Shown here one piece after another: positions 41,673-51,807 of a stretch of 64,000 nucleotides of DNA; within the stretch, counting starts at the first letter, position 1, and each line of letters begins with the position of its first letter. Source of the DNA: a virus (lineage: Duplodnaviria > Caudoviricetes); IMG/VR virus record IMGVR_UViG_3300042396_000691, positions 1 through 64,000 of that record, one strand, 5' to 3'. The translations under genes and the position numbers were made by a program. The notes below the pieces were generated by a model that worked only from the letters and a program-made list of their open reading frames with translations, had not been told where the DNA came from and ran no database searches.

Positions 41673-42563
41673 ATGAAAATAGTTAAGGCTACATATGGTC
41701 CAAAAGATGTAACGGAATATGTTGCAAGTATTTTCAAAGACGAAAGTTTAAACATTTATGTTTCCAACGCTATTTTTGGCGACACAAATCATGGCGTATT
41801 AAAAAAATTGATTGTTGAATTTGATGATGGTTCTAAATTAGAAACAAATGAAAATGAATTTTTAATTTACCCAAAAATTTTTGATGAAAGAATTGGTGTT
41901 TTTTATACAAACAACAATGACACAAGAAAAGAAAAAGCTTTATATGCTAGTTTAAAAAGTTTAGCTATTTCATCAGAAAAAAAAGCTAGAATAATTACAT
42001 CTGTATGGAATAAAATACCAGAAAATCCATTTTGTGAAATAGTTTCTCAAACCAAGAATAGTAGCCATTTAAATCAAGTTTTACAAATATTGCATTTGCT
42101 TTATTTTGTAAGAAAAAATTCAACAAATGTCAAATATGTTAGTTTTTTAGAACATGATTGCCTTTATCCAGAAGGGTATTTTGAATATGATGATTTTGAA
42201 TGCGATTCTATATCAAATACTAATTATATAGGATTGTGTTCTTTTGGTTGGCAACCTAAAAATGGTGCAGCAAAAGCAACATCTCAAGTGACTATGAAGT
42301 TTACCAGTGCCATTAAACATTTTGAAAACATATTTCCAAATGCGTTATTGAAAAACTCTGGAAGTTTAGAACCTTGGTATTCAAAAGAAGCTTCTTTTAC
42401 ACCATTAAGCTGGAAAAACAAAGATTGGTTTTGTAAAAATCCATCGGTTCACATAAATCACGGCTATGCATTCACATCGCATTTTGAAACTTTTCAAAAG
42501 GTTTTTTCTGAATCAAATGAATACTGGGGTGATTATTCAGAATATGCTTATCTTTTTTCTTAA
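41673..42563 (+). CDS. Lectin-like N-terminal domain plus GT-A-like domain
   Basis: IVKATYG..DVT...NAIFGD...GVLKKL, then FLEHDCLYP. Confidence 0.5.
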   Translation: MKIVKATYGPKDVTEYVASIFKDESLNIYVSNAIFGDTNHGVLKKLIVEFDDGSKLETNENEFLIYPKIFDERIGVFYTNNNDTRKEKALYASLKSLAISSEKKARIITSVWNKIPENPFCEIVSQTKNSSHLNQVLQILHLLYFVRKNSTNVKYVSFLEHDCLYPEGYFEYDDFECDSISNTNYIGLCSFGWQPKNGAAKATSQVTMKFTSAIKHFENIFPNALLKNSGSLEPWYSKEASFTPLSWKNKDWFCKNPSVHINHGYAFTSHFETFQKVFSESNEYWGDYSEYAYLFS

Positions 42564-42674
42564 TTTTTCTACAAAAAACATTTGATTAAAAGTCATAAAA
42601 TAGTCTTGCCACAATAAAAAAAATAAGTAAGATTTTGATCTGTCTTACCTACAATCATGGGTGTATTTATTTCC

Positions 42675-42745
42675 GCTGGTAATCGCCAGCATTACATTCC
42701 TTTAGAGTTCCGCTTATCCTTGCGATAGCAGGGCAGATGGAGTTT
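42675..42745 (+). promoter_or_regulatory. Structured 5' leader of nrdJ
   Basis: Hairpins GCTGG/CCAGC and CCTTGC-GATA-GCAGGG. GAGTTCCG can pair with TGGAGTTT, covering the RBS. Confidence 0.5.
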
Positions 42746-42750
42746 TTTTC

Positions 42751-45042
42751 ATGTCTATTAAAGAATTGCAAAAATATACGGCTGTTTCCAAATATGCTAG
42801 ATGGATTGAATCTGAAAAAAGAAGGGAAACTTGGGATGAAAGCGTACAAAGAATAAAGGATATGATGATAGAAGTTCATCCATCCTTGCGTAAAGATATT
42901 GAAGAACATTACGAAATGATCAGAGATCAAAAAATATTAGGTTCACAAAGAGCACTGCAATTTGGTGGTAAGCCAATCATTAAACATAATGCAAGAATAT
43001 TTAATTGCTCTGCTAGTTATTGCGATAGATTGCGATTTTTCCAAGAATGTTTTTACTTATTGCTTTGTGGATCTGGAACTGGGTTTAGTGTGCAAAAACA
43101 TCATGTTGAGTTGTTGCCAAAGTTTTCATCTACTAGATTAAATCCAGAAACATGTTGTTATGAACATCATATTTATAGGGTTGAAGATTCAATTGAGGGT
43201 TGGGCAAATGCTCTTGGAGTTCTTCTTTCTTCATATTTTGAAACTCCGATAAAAGAGTTTGAAAGATACAAAGATATTGCAGTTGGATTTAGTTATGAAG
43301 ACATAAGGGAAAAGGGTGCTCCTTTAAGTTGTGGTATAGGTAATGCTCCTGGTTATGAACCACTAGAAAAAGCTTTAGAAAACACTAGGCGTTTACTTGA
43401 TAAATGTATTGCAAATGGGCAGACAGAATTAAGAACAATAGATGCATTTGATATAGTTATGTTTGCTGCTGATGCCGTTATTTCTGGAGGTGTTCGTAGA
43501 TCTGCAACCATAGCTTTGTTTTCTGCTGATGATGAATTAATGATCAACGCAAAAACTGGCGATTGGTATTTTACTAATCCTCAAAGGGCTAGGGCAAATA
43601 TATCTGCGTTACTTCACAGGAAAGATACTTCTAAAGAAATTTTTGAAAATCTTTTTAAAGCTACTAAAGAGTTTGGTGAACCTGGATTTTTCTTTGCTGA
43701 TTATTATGACACGCTATGTAATCCATGTTGTGAGATTTCATGGATAACAAAACACTTTTACAAGAAAAATGATCCAGAATTAGCCAAAGCTTTGTCATTA
43801 TATGAAGGACCAATAACAACAAAAGAGTCATGCAAAGACGATATGCCAGCAGACGAAGTTGGTCTTTCTGGTTGGGGATTTTGCAATTTATCAACAATCA
43901 ATGGAAAAACCGTTACATCGGAACAAGACTTCTATGAAAGATGTGCTGCTGCTGCCTTTATTGGTACATTACAAGCATCTTTTACCAATTTCCCATACTT
44001 GGGTCATGTGACAGAACTTATTGCTCGTAAAGAGGCATTATTGGGCGTTTCAATTAATGGTATGCAACATCACCCTAAAATACTATTAAACTCAACAATT
44101 CAGCAAAATGGGGCAAAAATAGTTAAAGACACAAACAAAAAGTACGCAGAAATATTGAACATAAGTCCTGCTGCAAGAACAACTTGTATAAAACCAGAAG
44201 GTAATTCTGCTGCTTTGTTAGGGTCTGCTTCTGGTATTCATCCAGATCATTCTAAAAGATATTTTAGAATTGTTCAAGCTAATCAGATGGAATCTCCTTA
44301 TCAGCACTTTAAAAGCATTAACCCTCAAGCATGTGAAGAATCGGTATGGTCATCAAATAAAACAGATGATTGCATAAGATTTTGTGTACAAAGCCAAGAT
44401 GGAACAGTACTTAAGGAAGACATAGATGCTATATCTATGCTTGATGATGTTTTATCAACCTATAAAAATTGGGTTGTTGCTGGAAAAAACGAACATCTTT
44501 GTGTTAGAAAAGAACTAAACCACAATGTATCTAATACAATACATGTAAAAGATAATGAGTGGGATAAGGTAAAAGAATACATTTATAATCATCGTGTAGA
44601 ACTTGCTGGAATATCTCTTATAGCTGCTACTGGCGACAAGGATTACAATCAAGCTCCATTTACAGCAGTTTATTCAATTGAAGAGCAAATAACCAATTGG
44701 GGTTTTGAAGCTACGGCTAAGGCTTATGAAACTTACCCAAAATTTTCTGAATATAATTTTAATTCTTTATGGGATGCATGTTCATGTGTTCTTGGCTATT
44801 TTGAACCAAAAGACGATAAGCAAAAATCTTGGAAAACTATGGTGCAAAAATATGCAGATGAGCATTTTTCTTCTGATGTTAAATACGCTACTTATGCACT
44901 TAAAGATGCTTATAATTTAGATTTGTGGAACAAATTAATAAACAATTATTCTGATGTTAATTATTTAAATGCTTTTGAAAATAGTGCTACAATAAACATT
45001 CAAGGAGAACTTGCTTGTGCTGGTGGAGCCTGTTTAATATAA
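42751..45042 (+). CDS. nrdJ: Class II (adenosylcobalamin-dependent) ribonucleotide reductase
   Basis: RRETW, FNC, LLLCGSGTGFSV, GGVRRSA, NPCCEI, CNL, TTCIKPEG, C-terminal CAGGAC; no adjacent nrdB. Confidence 0.9.
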   Translation: MSIKELQKYTAVSKYARWIESEKRRETWDESVQRIKDMMIEVHPSLRKDIEEHYEMIRDQKILGSQRALQFGGKPIIKHNARIFNCSASYCDRLRFFQECFYLLLCGSGTGFSVQKHHVELLPKFSSTRLNPETCCYEHHIYRVEDSIEGWANALGVLLSSYFETPIKEFERYKDIAVGFSYEDIREKGAPLSCGIGNAPGYEPLEKALENTRRLLDKCIANGQTELRTIDAFDIVMFAADAVISGGVRRSATIALFSADDELMINAKTGDWYFTNPQRARANISALLHRKDTSKEIFENLFKATKEFGEPGFFFADYYDTLCNPCCEISWITKHFYKKNDPELAKALSLYEGPITTKESCKDDMPADEVGLSGWGFCNLSTINGKTVTSEQDFYERCAAAAFIGTLQASFTNFPYLGHVTELIARKEALLGVSINGMQHHPKILLNSTIQQNGAKIVKDTNKKYAEILNISPAARTTCIKPEGNSAALLGSASGIHPDHSKRYFRIVQANQMESPYQHFKSINPQACEESVWSSNKTDDCIRFCVQSQDGTVLKEDIDAISMLDDVLSTYKNWVVAGKNEHLCVRKELNHNVSNTIHVKDNEWDKVKEYIYNHRVELAGISLIAATGDKDYNQAPFTAVYSIEEQITNWGFEATAKAYETYPKFSEYNFNSLWDACSCVLGYFEPKDDKQKSWKTMVQKYADEHFSSDVKYATYALKDAYNLDLWNKLINNYSDVNYLNAFENSATINIQGELACAGGACLI

Positions 45043-45099
45043 TGTCAAAAAGAATTGCAAAGATTTCAAAAACTAAAAAAGCAAAATTGGTGAAAAAAA

Positions 45100-45963
45100 A
45101 TGCCGAAAAAAGGAAAAGTAAAAGGCATAGGTTCCCCTTTTAATCTTAGTTTTTCAAGTTGTTCAAACAACAGCCCAAAGCTTTTTGATTGGTCTAATGA
45201 AGATTCAGATTTTTCTGTTTTCATGGATTATTCAATTCTTGATTGTTACAAATACCCAAAAGTTAAAAATGTTCCTAGATTTGGATGGTTGTGTGAATCT
45301 ATAACAATATTTCAAAACTTGTATGATAAAATAAAATATGATTACAAAAAAATATTCAACGATATAGATTACATATTTACTTCTGACGAATATTTGCTTT
45401 CTTTAGATTCAAGATTTAAATTTTGTTATTCGTGCAGCAATATTCCTTGGTCAAAAAAAGAAAGTTGGAACATTTATAAAAAAACAAAAATGTGTTCAAT
45501 GATATGTTCAAATAAGTTAAGTTGTAATTTTCATGCTATTAGACAAAGTATAGCAAAAAACAATGTTAAAAAATTTGATTTGTTTGGCGGTTTTTTAAAT
45601 TCGCCTTATACTGGTGAAAAATATGATGGTTTCTATAAAAAAGATAATGCACTAAAAGACTATATGTTTACTGTTGTTATTCAGAATAATAATCAACCAT
45701 ATTTTTTTGCTGAAATGTTAACAGATTGTTTTTCATTTGGAACAATACCTATTTATTTAGGTAATCCTAAAATAGACTTGTTTTTTGATTCAAATGGAAT
45801 AATATCTATAGGTTCAGAGGAAGATCTTGATAAGATTGTTCTTAATGAAGAATTATATTGGTCTAGGTTTGATGGTGTAAAAAACAATTTTCAAAAATTG
45901 CAGACAATGGAAATGAGCGATGATTATCTTTATCAGCAATGTTTAAAGCTTATGGAGGTTTAA
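45100..45963 (+). CDS. GT10-like (fucosyltransferase-like) glycosyltransferase
   Basis: SMICSNK, KDNALKDYMFTVVIQN, YFFAEMLTDCF..GTIPIYLG. Confidence 0.7.
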   Translation: MPKKGKVKGIGSPFNLSFSSCSNNSPKLFDWSNEDSDFSVFMDYSILDCYKYPKVKNVPRFGWLCESITIFQNLYDKIKYDYKKIFNDIDYIFTSDEYLLSLDSRFKFCYSCSNIPWSKKESWNIYKKTKMCSMICSNKLSCNFHAIRQSIAKNNVKKFDLFGGFLNSPYTGEKYDGFYKKDNALKDYMFTVVIQNNNQPYFFAEMLTDCFSFGTIPIYLGNPKIDLFFDSNGIISIGSEEDLDKIVLNEELYWSRFDGVKNNFQKLQTMEMSDDYLYQQCLKLMEV

Positions 45964-45964
45964 T

Positions 45965-46201
45965 ATGTCTTTATTTAATATTGGTGATATAGTTGCTTTA
46001 AAATCTGGTGGAATGCCAATGACGGTTGTTGCTTTTGGAGAAGAAACAAAAGAGGTTTTAGTTGTTTATTTTGATTTGGATGCTAATGTTATGCGAGATG
46101 GTTTTCCAGCAGAATCATTAGAGTTTACAGAAAATAGATGGAAGATGAAATATTGTGTTGATATAAACGAAGAAGATTATACAGATGATGAGGAATTTTA
46201 A
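45965..46201 (+). CDS. YodC/DUF2158 family protein
   Basis: FNIGDIVALKSGGMPMTV. Confidence 0.85.
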   Translation: MSLFNIGDIVALKSGGMPMTVVAFGEETKEVLVVYFDLDANVMRDGFPAESLEFTENRWKMKYCVDINEEDYTDDEEF

Positions 46202-46563
46202 TGCCATACTATGAATTTTCTTGTGGGTCATGCGAATACAGTTTTGAGATTAAGCTTTCTTTTTCTGAAAGTCATCCTAAAGATTGTCCAAAGTGCAAAA
46301 AAGGAAAAGTAAATCAGGTTTATGATGGAAACACCATTGTCTGTATCAAAGGTGGAGATACAATAGGTCAAGTAGGTGAAGCTAATTATAAGAAAGCTGG
46401 TGGAAAAATTAAAGAACACATGGCTAAAAAACAAGAATTGAAAGATTCAAAGTTGCCTTGGTGGAGATCAGGAAAGGTTACTGGATTAAGCAAAAAGGAT
46501 AAACCTTTAAACTTATCTAAAATTAAAGATGTTAAAAATTACATAGAAACAGGAGAAGAATAA
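46201..46563 (+). CDS. FmdB-family zinc ribbon protein
   Basis: MPYYEFSCGSCEYSFE...CPKC. Confidence 0.85.
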   Translation: MPYYEFSCGSCEYSFEIKLSFSESHPKDCPKCKKGKVNQVYDGNTIVCIKGGDTIGQVGEANYKKAGGKIKEHMAKKQELKDSKLPWWRSGKVTGLSKKDKPLNLSKIKDVKNYIETGEE

Positions 46564-48546
46564 TGGCTTTAATTCCTAAAGCTGGAGAAGAATCACCTCA
46601 TACAGCTATAGTTAGAATACATTGGGAGGTTCTTCCAATCAGTTCTGATGGTTCATACGGATCAAATCAACCAGTTGATATTGGTTTAATATTGCTGAGA
46701 GCAGATGGAACTTCTTTTCAAGAAGCTAAAGTTAAACTTGAATCTTTTTTGAATAATTCTATTGATGACAAAAATTTTGCACATATTTGGAAAAGAGGGC
46801 AGTCATCATGAAAATTGAAGATCATGGAAATCTTATTATAAGCTGTAGTAATTGTAATAAACCACTTGTTGATTTATTTATAACTAATACAGACGCAGAT
46901 ATTTATTGGAAATGCGTTGCAGAATGCTGTTATTGTGGCGATAAAAGCTTTGTAAAAGATGTTAAAGGTATTTTTAGACCAGGTGGATGCGTTACTGTAG
47001 ACAGAGAAAATCCAGATTTTTTTACACAAGACACTCTTTTAACAGATATTGTTACTGAAGAAAATAAAATAATATTCAAAACACAGAAAGGAAAAAAATA
47101 ATGTTTTCTGTAATTGGGTTTGATAAAAATGGTAAAGAATGCGATCATGAAAACTTCTTGTCTCTTGCTAAAAAAAGCACTGATACAGAGTTGAAGAGTG
47201 AAAAATTTTGGGTTAAAGTTTGCACCAATGGAATAGATTCTGGAAAACTTTTTGATCCATCTTCAAACTTGCTAGAAGACTTGAAGCGTTTTGATAACCA
47301 CACAGATAAACATAGATACTCATACAAAAGTGTAAATAGGGAATGTTTTAACTTTTACATTTCTTATTTATCAACCAACAACTCTTCTTTTTTAAAAAAT
47401 GCTGAAAGGAATATATCATGACCAAAAAATCTAAAAATGCTCCCTTGAATGAAATTGAAATATATTTTATTGAGGGCAATTGTTCATCTATGTCTTTGGG
47501 TGATATTGCAGAAAAGCTTAGTAGAGATGTTGAATTTATTAAAGATGTTTACGATAAAGCTAGAACAAAAAAGTCTTTAACATTTCAAACGAAGCTTGGA
47601 AGCGTAGCTATGACAGCAGCACAATCTAGCAAAGGCGATGATATTGTTAGATCAAGTGAGAATGCTGCTTATATGAAAAAATTTAAAGACAGTATTCATA
47701 AAATATGATTTGCAAAACATACGACAAAGAATATTTTGAAGATAAGACTTGTTGGGCAGTAGAATTGTCCAATGGTGAAACCGTTTATCAAAACGATGGT
47801 TTTGATCAAGCTGTTGAGTTTTCTGCTTGGATTAGACTTAAAGAGTATTTGCACGAAAACAATTTGAAAATAGAAAAAATGTATGTGAGATTTAGATCGA
47901 ATATTTTTTATCCTTTAGAAGATTATTGTGAAGGATATTTTTTCTCTATGGGTATCATTGGTATGATGTCATCTGCTGAAAATATAAATTTTTATATATT
48001 GGGTTCTATCAAGAAAGATGTTGTTAGTTTAAAAAAGATAAAAGTTCCAGAACTAATAATTTTTGATGAAGAAGAAAGAAACATTTCTGATTGTACTGAG
48101 CAACAAGTAATTTTAAATACGAAAGAAAATTATGGCAAAGGAAAGATCTTCAAACAGTAGATATGAATCTAGGCATGGTGGTGGTTGGATAACTCCAGCA
48201 CAGTTTTTGGCTGAGTTAATGTGTGAGCGTTTTGCCAAACAAAATCGTCAAGACATACCTCCAAAATTTTGGGATAAACAACCTTGGAAAAAAGAGTTTT
48301 TCAAACAGCTTTCTTTGGCAAACAAACTTTTAGAAAAATATGATCCAGCATTAGTTTCTAAGGCGTTAAGATCACAAGAAGGCAAAAAAATATTTTCTTT
48401 AGGTGCTCCTTGGTTAATAAAACTTATAGAGTATGAAGAATATAAGTTTAAGGAAGCAGATGAGAAAAAGGTTGAGAAAGTAGAATTTTTGCCAATTAAA
48501 AAGTCTTTTGTTTCAAAGAAATCAACACTAAGTAAATTAAAGGATA

Positions 48547-50538
48547 TTGAAAATGAGTGATGAAGTAGAAAAAATAATCAAAGAAGTATCAAAACAATAT
48601 GGTGCTGGTATTGCAATAAATGCAAGCGATTTGTTAGATGAAGAAAAGCATGTCATACCGCTTTCTCCAGCTTTAAATCTTGGTTTGCATGGCGGTATAC
48701 CAGAAGGTTCTTGGGTCACATGTTCTGGTCATCCAAAAAGCGGAAAAGAACAACCTATATCTGCTCTTGTTTACACTCCAAATGGACCTAAACCAATTGG
48801 TGAGTTGATGTTAGGTGAACATGTATGTACGCATGATGGAAATTCAGCAGAAATTCTTGCTATTTATCCACAAGGAGTTAAAGATGTTTATCGCATAAGT
48901 TTTTCTGATGGAACATTTGCAGAGTGCGGATTGGATCATCTTTGGTCAATTAAAACAAAAGATCATAAAGATTTTGTTGTTAGACAACTTAAAGATTTTA
49001 TCAATGATATTTATTACAAGTCTGGAAAAGTAGCAAAATATTCTATACCAATTTCTACTCCTGCATTGTTTAATGAAACAACTAAAGAGATTTCTCCATA
49101 CATAATGGGCATTTTTCTTGGTGCTGGAATTTTTGGAAAAAATTCAACATATGTAACTCTTGAAAAAGATTTAGATATTGTGAATGAAATGTCTGATAGC
49201 GATAAAAAATATATAGTTTATGACAATGAACCCAAAAAAATCTCTGCTAAAAATTCTAATCCTTTTATAAAGCTTGGACTTTTTAATATTGCAAATAACC
49301 AAAAGTTTATTCCCCCAAAATATTTATTTGATGGCGTTTATAATCGAACAAGATTAATAACTGGCATTTTAAAAGTAGCTGGATATTTAACTAAAGATAA
49401 AAGCTTGACTATTACAGTATCAAGTCAAAGACTTGCAGAAGATATTGTCACACTCGTTCAATCTTTAGGTGGAATAGGCAACTATTCTGTTCACAAGAAC
49501 AAAGGTTCAAAAAGATATGTCTGCATATTAAAACTTAACATTTTACAAAAAAGAAAAAATAAATTTGAAAGAAAAATAATATCTGTAAAAAAAGTAAGAA
49601 AAGAAGAGTGTGTTTGTATTACTATAAACACTAAAGATGGTTTGTATTTAACTAACAACTTTATAGTTACACATAACACCTTGACCTCACTTTCTTTTGC
49701 TGCACAATGTCAAAAACCTGAGAATGGTGGTAGACATGTGTATTATCTGAACATTGAAGGTCGATTGAAGCCTATGAACCTAAAGGGTATAGCTGGCTTA
49801 AATTTAGACAAGATGACAATCTATAGGTCTACTCAAGATAAGATTCTTTCCGCAAAGGACTACCTAAATTTGGCTTTTAAAGCCATTAATACGCATCCAG
49901 GAAGTTTGATCATTATAGATAGTGTTTCTGCCCTATGTGATGAAAAAGAGATGGATGAGGGCATTGGGTATGAGAATAGAGGGGCTGGTAATAAGCTTTT
50001 TGCTGGTTTTTGCAGACAAGCAGCCAATATAGTGCCAGTACAAAACTGCATTGTTTGGGCGATTATGCACTTAACCCAATCTCAAGGCATGTATGGTGGT
50101 TATACAGAAAAAGGCTCTAGAACATTGCAGTATCAAGCAGATGTTCAAATGAGGGTTAAATTTGATAAAGCTTGGAATGTTGGCATAGAGGGCAAAGAAA
50201 AACAAATCGGTCAACAAGTCCATTGGTTGATTGAATCTTGTGCTTTAGGTTCGCCCGGAATGGAAATTGACAGTTATATTCGTTATGGTATTGGTATTGA
50301 TAATACATATGAAGCCATAAATCTTGGTTGTCAGCTTGGCCTTATAGCTAAAGCTGGTGCTTGGATGACACTTGATTTTATGCAAAGGCACTTAAAATTG
50401 TTAGATTCAAAAGAATGGGATGATGCAACAATAAGAAAAGTTAAAACCCAAGGTGCAGAAAAGCTTTATAGGCTACTGCTTGAAAATCCTTTATGGGTAA
50501 AAGTTCTTGAGCAAGAAATAAAAGGTCTTTTATCATGA
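48547..50538 (+). CDS. recA: RecA/UvsX-like recombinase with intein
   Basis: GGIPEG, Walker A GHPKSGK|T interrupted by an intein, YLNIEG, IIDSVSAL. Confidence 0.9.
   Translation: MKMSDEVEKIIKEVSKQYGAGIAINASDLLDEEKHVIPLSPALNLGLHGGIPEGSWVTCSGHPKSGKEQPISALVYTPNGPKPIGELMLGEHVCTHDGNSAEILAIYPQGVKDVYRISFSDGTFAECGLDHLWSIKTKDHKDFVVRQLKDFINDIYYKSGKVAKYSIPISTPALFNETTKEISPYIMGIFLGAGIFGKNSTYVTLEKDLDIVNEMSDSDKKYIVYDNEPKKISAKNSNPFIKLGLFNIANNQKFIPPKYLFDGVYNRTRLITGILKVAGYLTKDKSLTITVSSQRLAEDIVTLVQSLGGIGNYSVHKNKGSKRYVCILKLNILQKRKNKFERKIISVKKVRKEECVCITINTKDGLYLTNNFIVTHNTLTSLSFAAQCQKPENGGRHVYYLNIEGRLKPMNLKGIAGLNLDKMTIYRSTQDKILSAKDYLNLAFKAINTHPGSLIIIDSVSALCDEKEMDEGIGYENRGAGNKLFAGFCRQAANIVPVQNCIVWAIMHLTQSQGMYGGYTEKGSRTLQYQADVQMRVKFDKAWNVGIEGKEKQIGQQVHWLIESCALGSPGMEIDSYIRYGIGIDNTYEAINLGCQLGLIAKAGAWMTLDFMQRHLKLLDSKEWDDATIRKVKTQGAEKLYRLLLENPLWVKVLEQEIKGLLS
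48748..49677 (+). mobile_element. Class 3-type intein (310 aa) with degenerate LAGLIDADG domain
   Basis: Starts EQP, block B HLW, block F CVCI, ends VTHN with +1 Thr. LAGLIDADG-like motifs are GIFLGAG and GILKVAG. Confidence 0.88.
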
Positions 50539-50939
50539 AAATAAAAGGTTTAGATGGAAGAATGCACTCTTGGTCATTTTATGGTCAAATGCCAGACATA
50601 AGTGATGAAAGAAAAAGATCGGAATTACACATAAGGACTAGGGTGTTGCTTAAATCTTTATATCCAGTAGATAGAATACTTGAAGAAGTTCATTTGCCTG
50701 GATCTGGAAATTTGTACGCAGATTTTTGGTTGCCATTAAGAAATAAAATCATAGAAGTTCATGGGGAACAGCATTATAAATTTGTTCCCTTCTTTCATGG
50801 AACACAGCTAAACTTTTTGGCATCAAAGGCGAATGACAATAAGAAGAAAGAATGGTGTTTAATTAACGGAATAGTTCTTGTGGAGTTACCATTTAATGAA
50901 TCAACCGAGCAGTGGCAATCAAGAATTGAACTTGACTGA
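50535..50939 (+). CDS. PD-(D/E)XK / Vsr-like endonuclease
   Basis: EE..LPG...YADFWLP....IEVHGEQHY...DNKKKEWC. Confidence 0.75.
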   Translation: MKIKGLDGRMHSWSFYGQMPDISDERKRSELHIRTRVLLKSLYPVDRILEEVHLPGSGNLYADFWLPLRNKIIEVHGEQHYKFVPFFHGTQLNFLASKANDNKKKEWCLINGIVLVELPFNESTEQWQSRIELD

Positions 50940-51807
50940 AGAACAAAAGATTGATCTTGCTTTAGAAAAGTATGAATTAACCATTGGGTTAACTCCAATT
51001 CCTTCTGATAAAGAGTTTACATGCATAAAATATTTATACTTATCGCAGGATGATTTATCAAAAATGAGCAGTGAACAATGCTCAGAATCATGTGTTTTAC
51101 TTAATAGCTTTTCTTTTCATATAAGCAGAGTTATAAATAAAGAAAAAACAAAATTAAGATGGTGCAACGAAAAGATTTTAAGTGTTGTAGCGAATAATCT
51201 TTCGGACTATAGATATTTTTCAGCAGAAGAAAGAATGGCTTTGTGCATAAAAGACAACGATTATGCAAAGAAAATAAAAAAGCTATCTGCTTTAATACAA
51301 GCAAGAATAGATAGAATTGAATATTTACCGATTAGACTTGAAAAAGTTGCTGAATCTTTGTCAAATTTAGCTTACTCAAAAAGGAAAAACAATGAATCTC
51401 GTTAACATGTTGAAAACAGCAGTTGGAAACAAAGATTGGGTATTAGTGTCAAAAGCATTAGATATTTTAGCTGGCGATGAAGAATTTGTTGTTTTATCTA
51501 CTCCAGTCAAACAAGTTAATTTTTTATCTAACAAGGCTTCTGTCGGAAGCAAATCTTTAGTTGCACCAACAGCCAATAAGTTTGTTGATGATTTAACACT
51601 TGAGTCGGGCTTCATAGAAAAGAATCAAAAGCCTTCTAATAAAAGTTATAGGCAACCATTCAAAGAAGGCGATCATTTTTGTGAAGTAAAATGTTCTAGG
51701 TGTGGGTGCGTTATGAAGGTAACAAAAGAAGAACATAAGTTTAGAACAATTGATTCTGAATCAGCACCATTTACATGCATTAAGTGCATTAGAAATTCGA
51801 GTAGATA

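Noticed and set aside
50878-51405. Possible UvsY-like recombination mediator near recA
   Set aside because: Only position and helical character support it, with no diagnostic motif.
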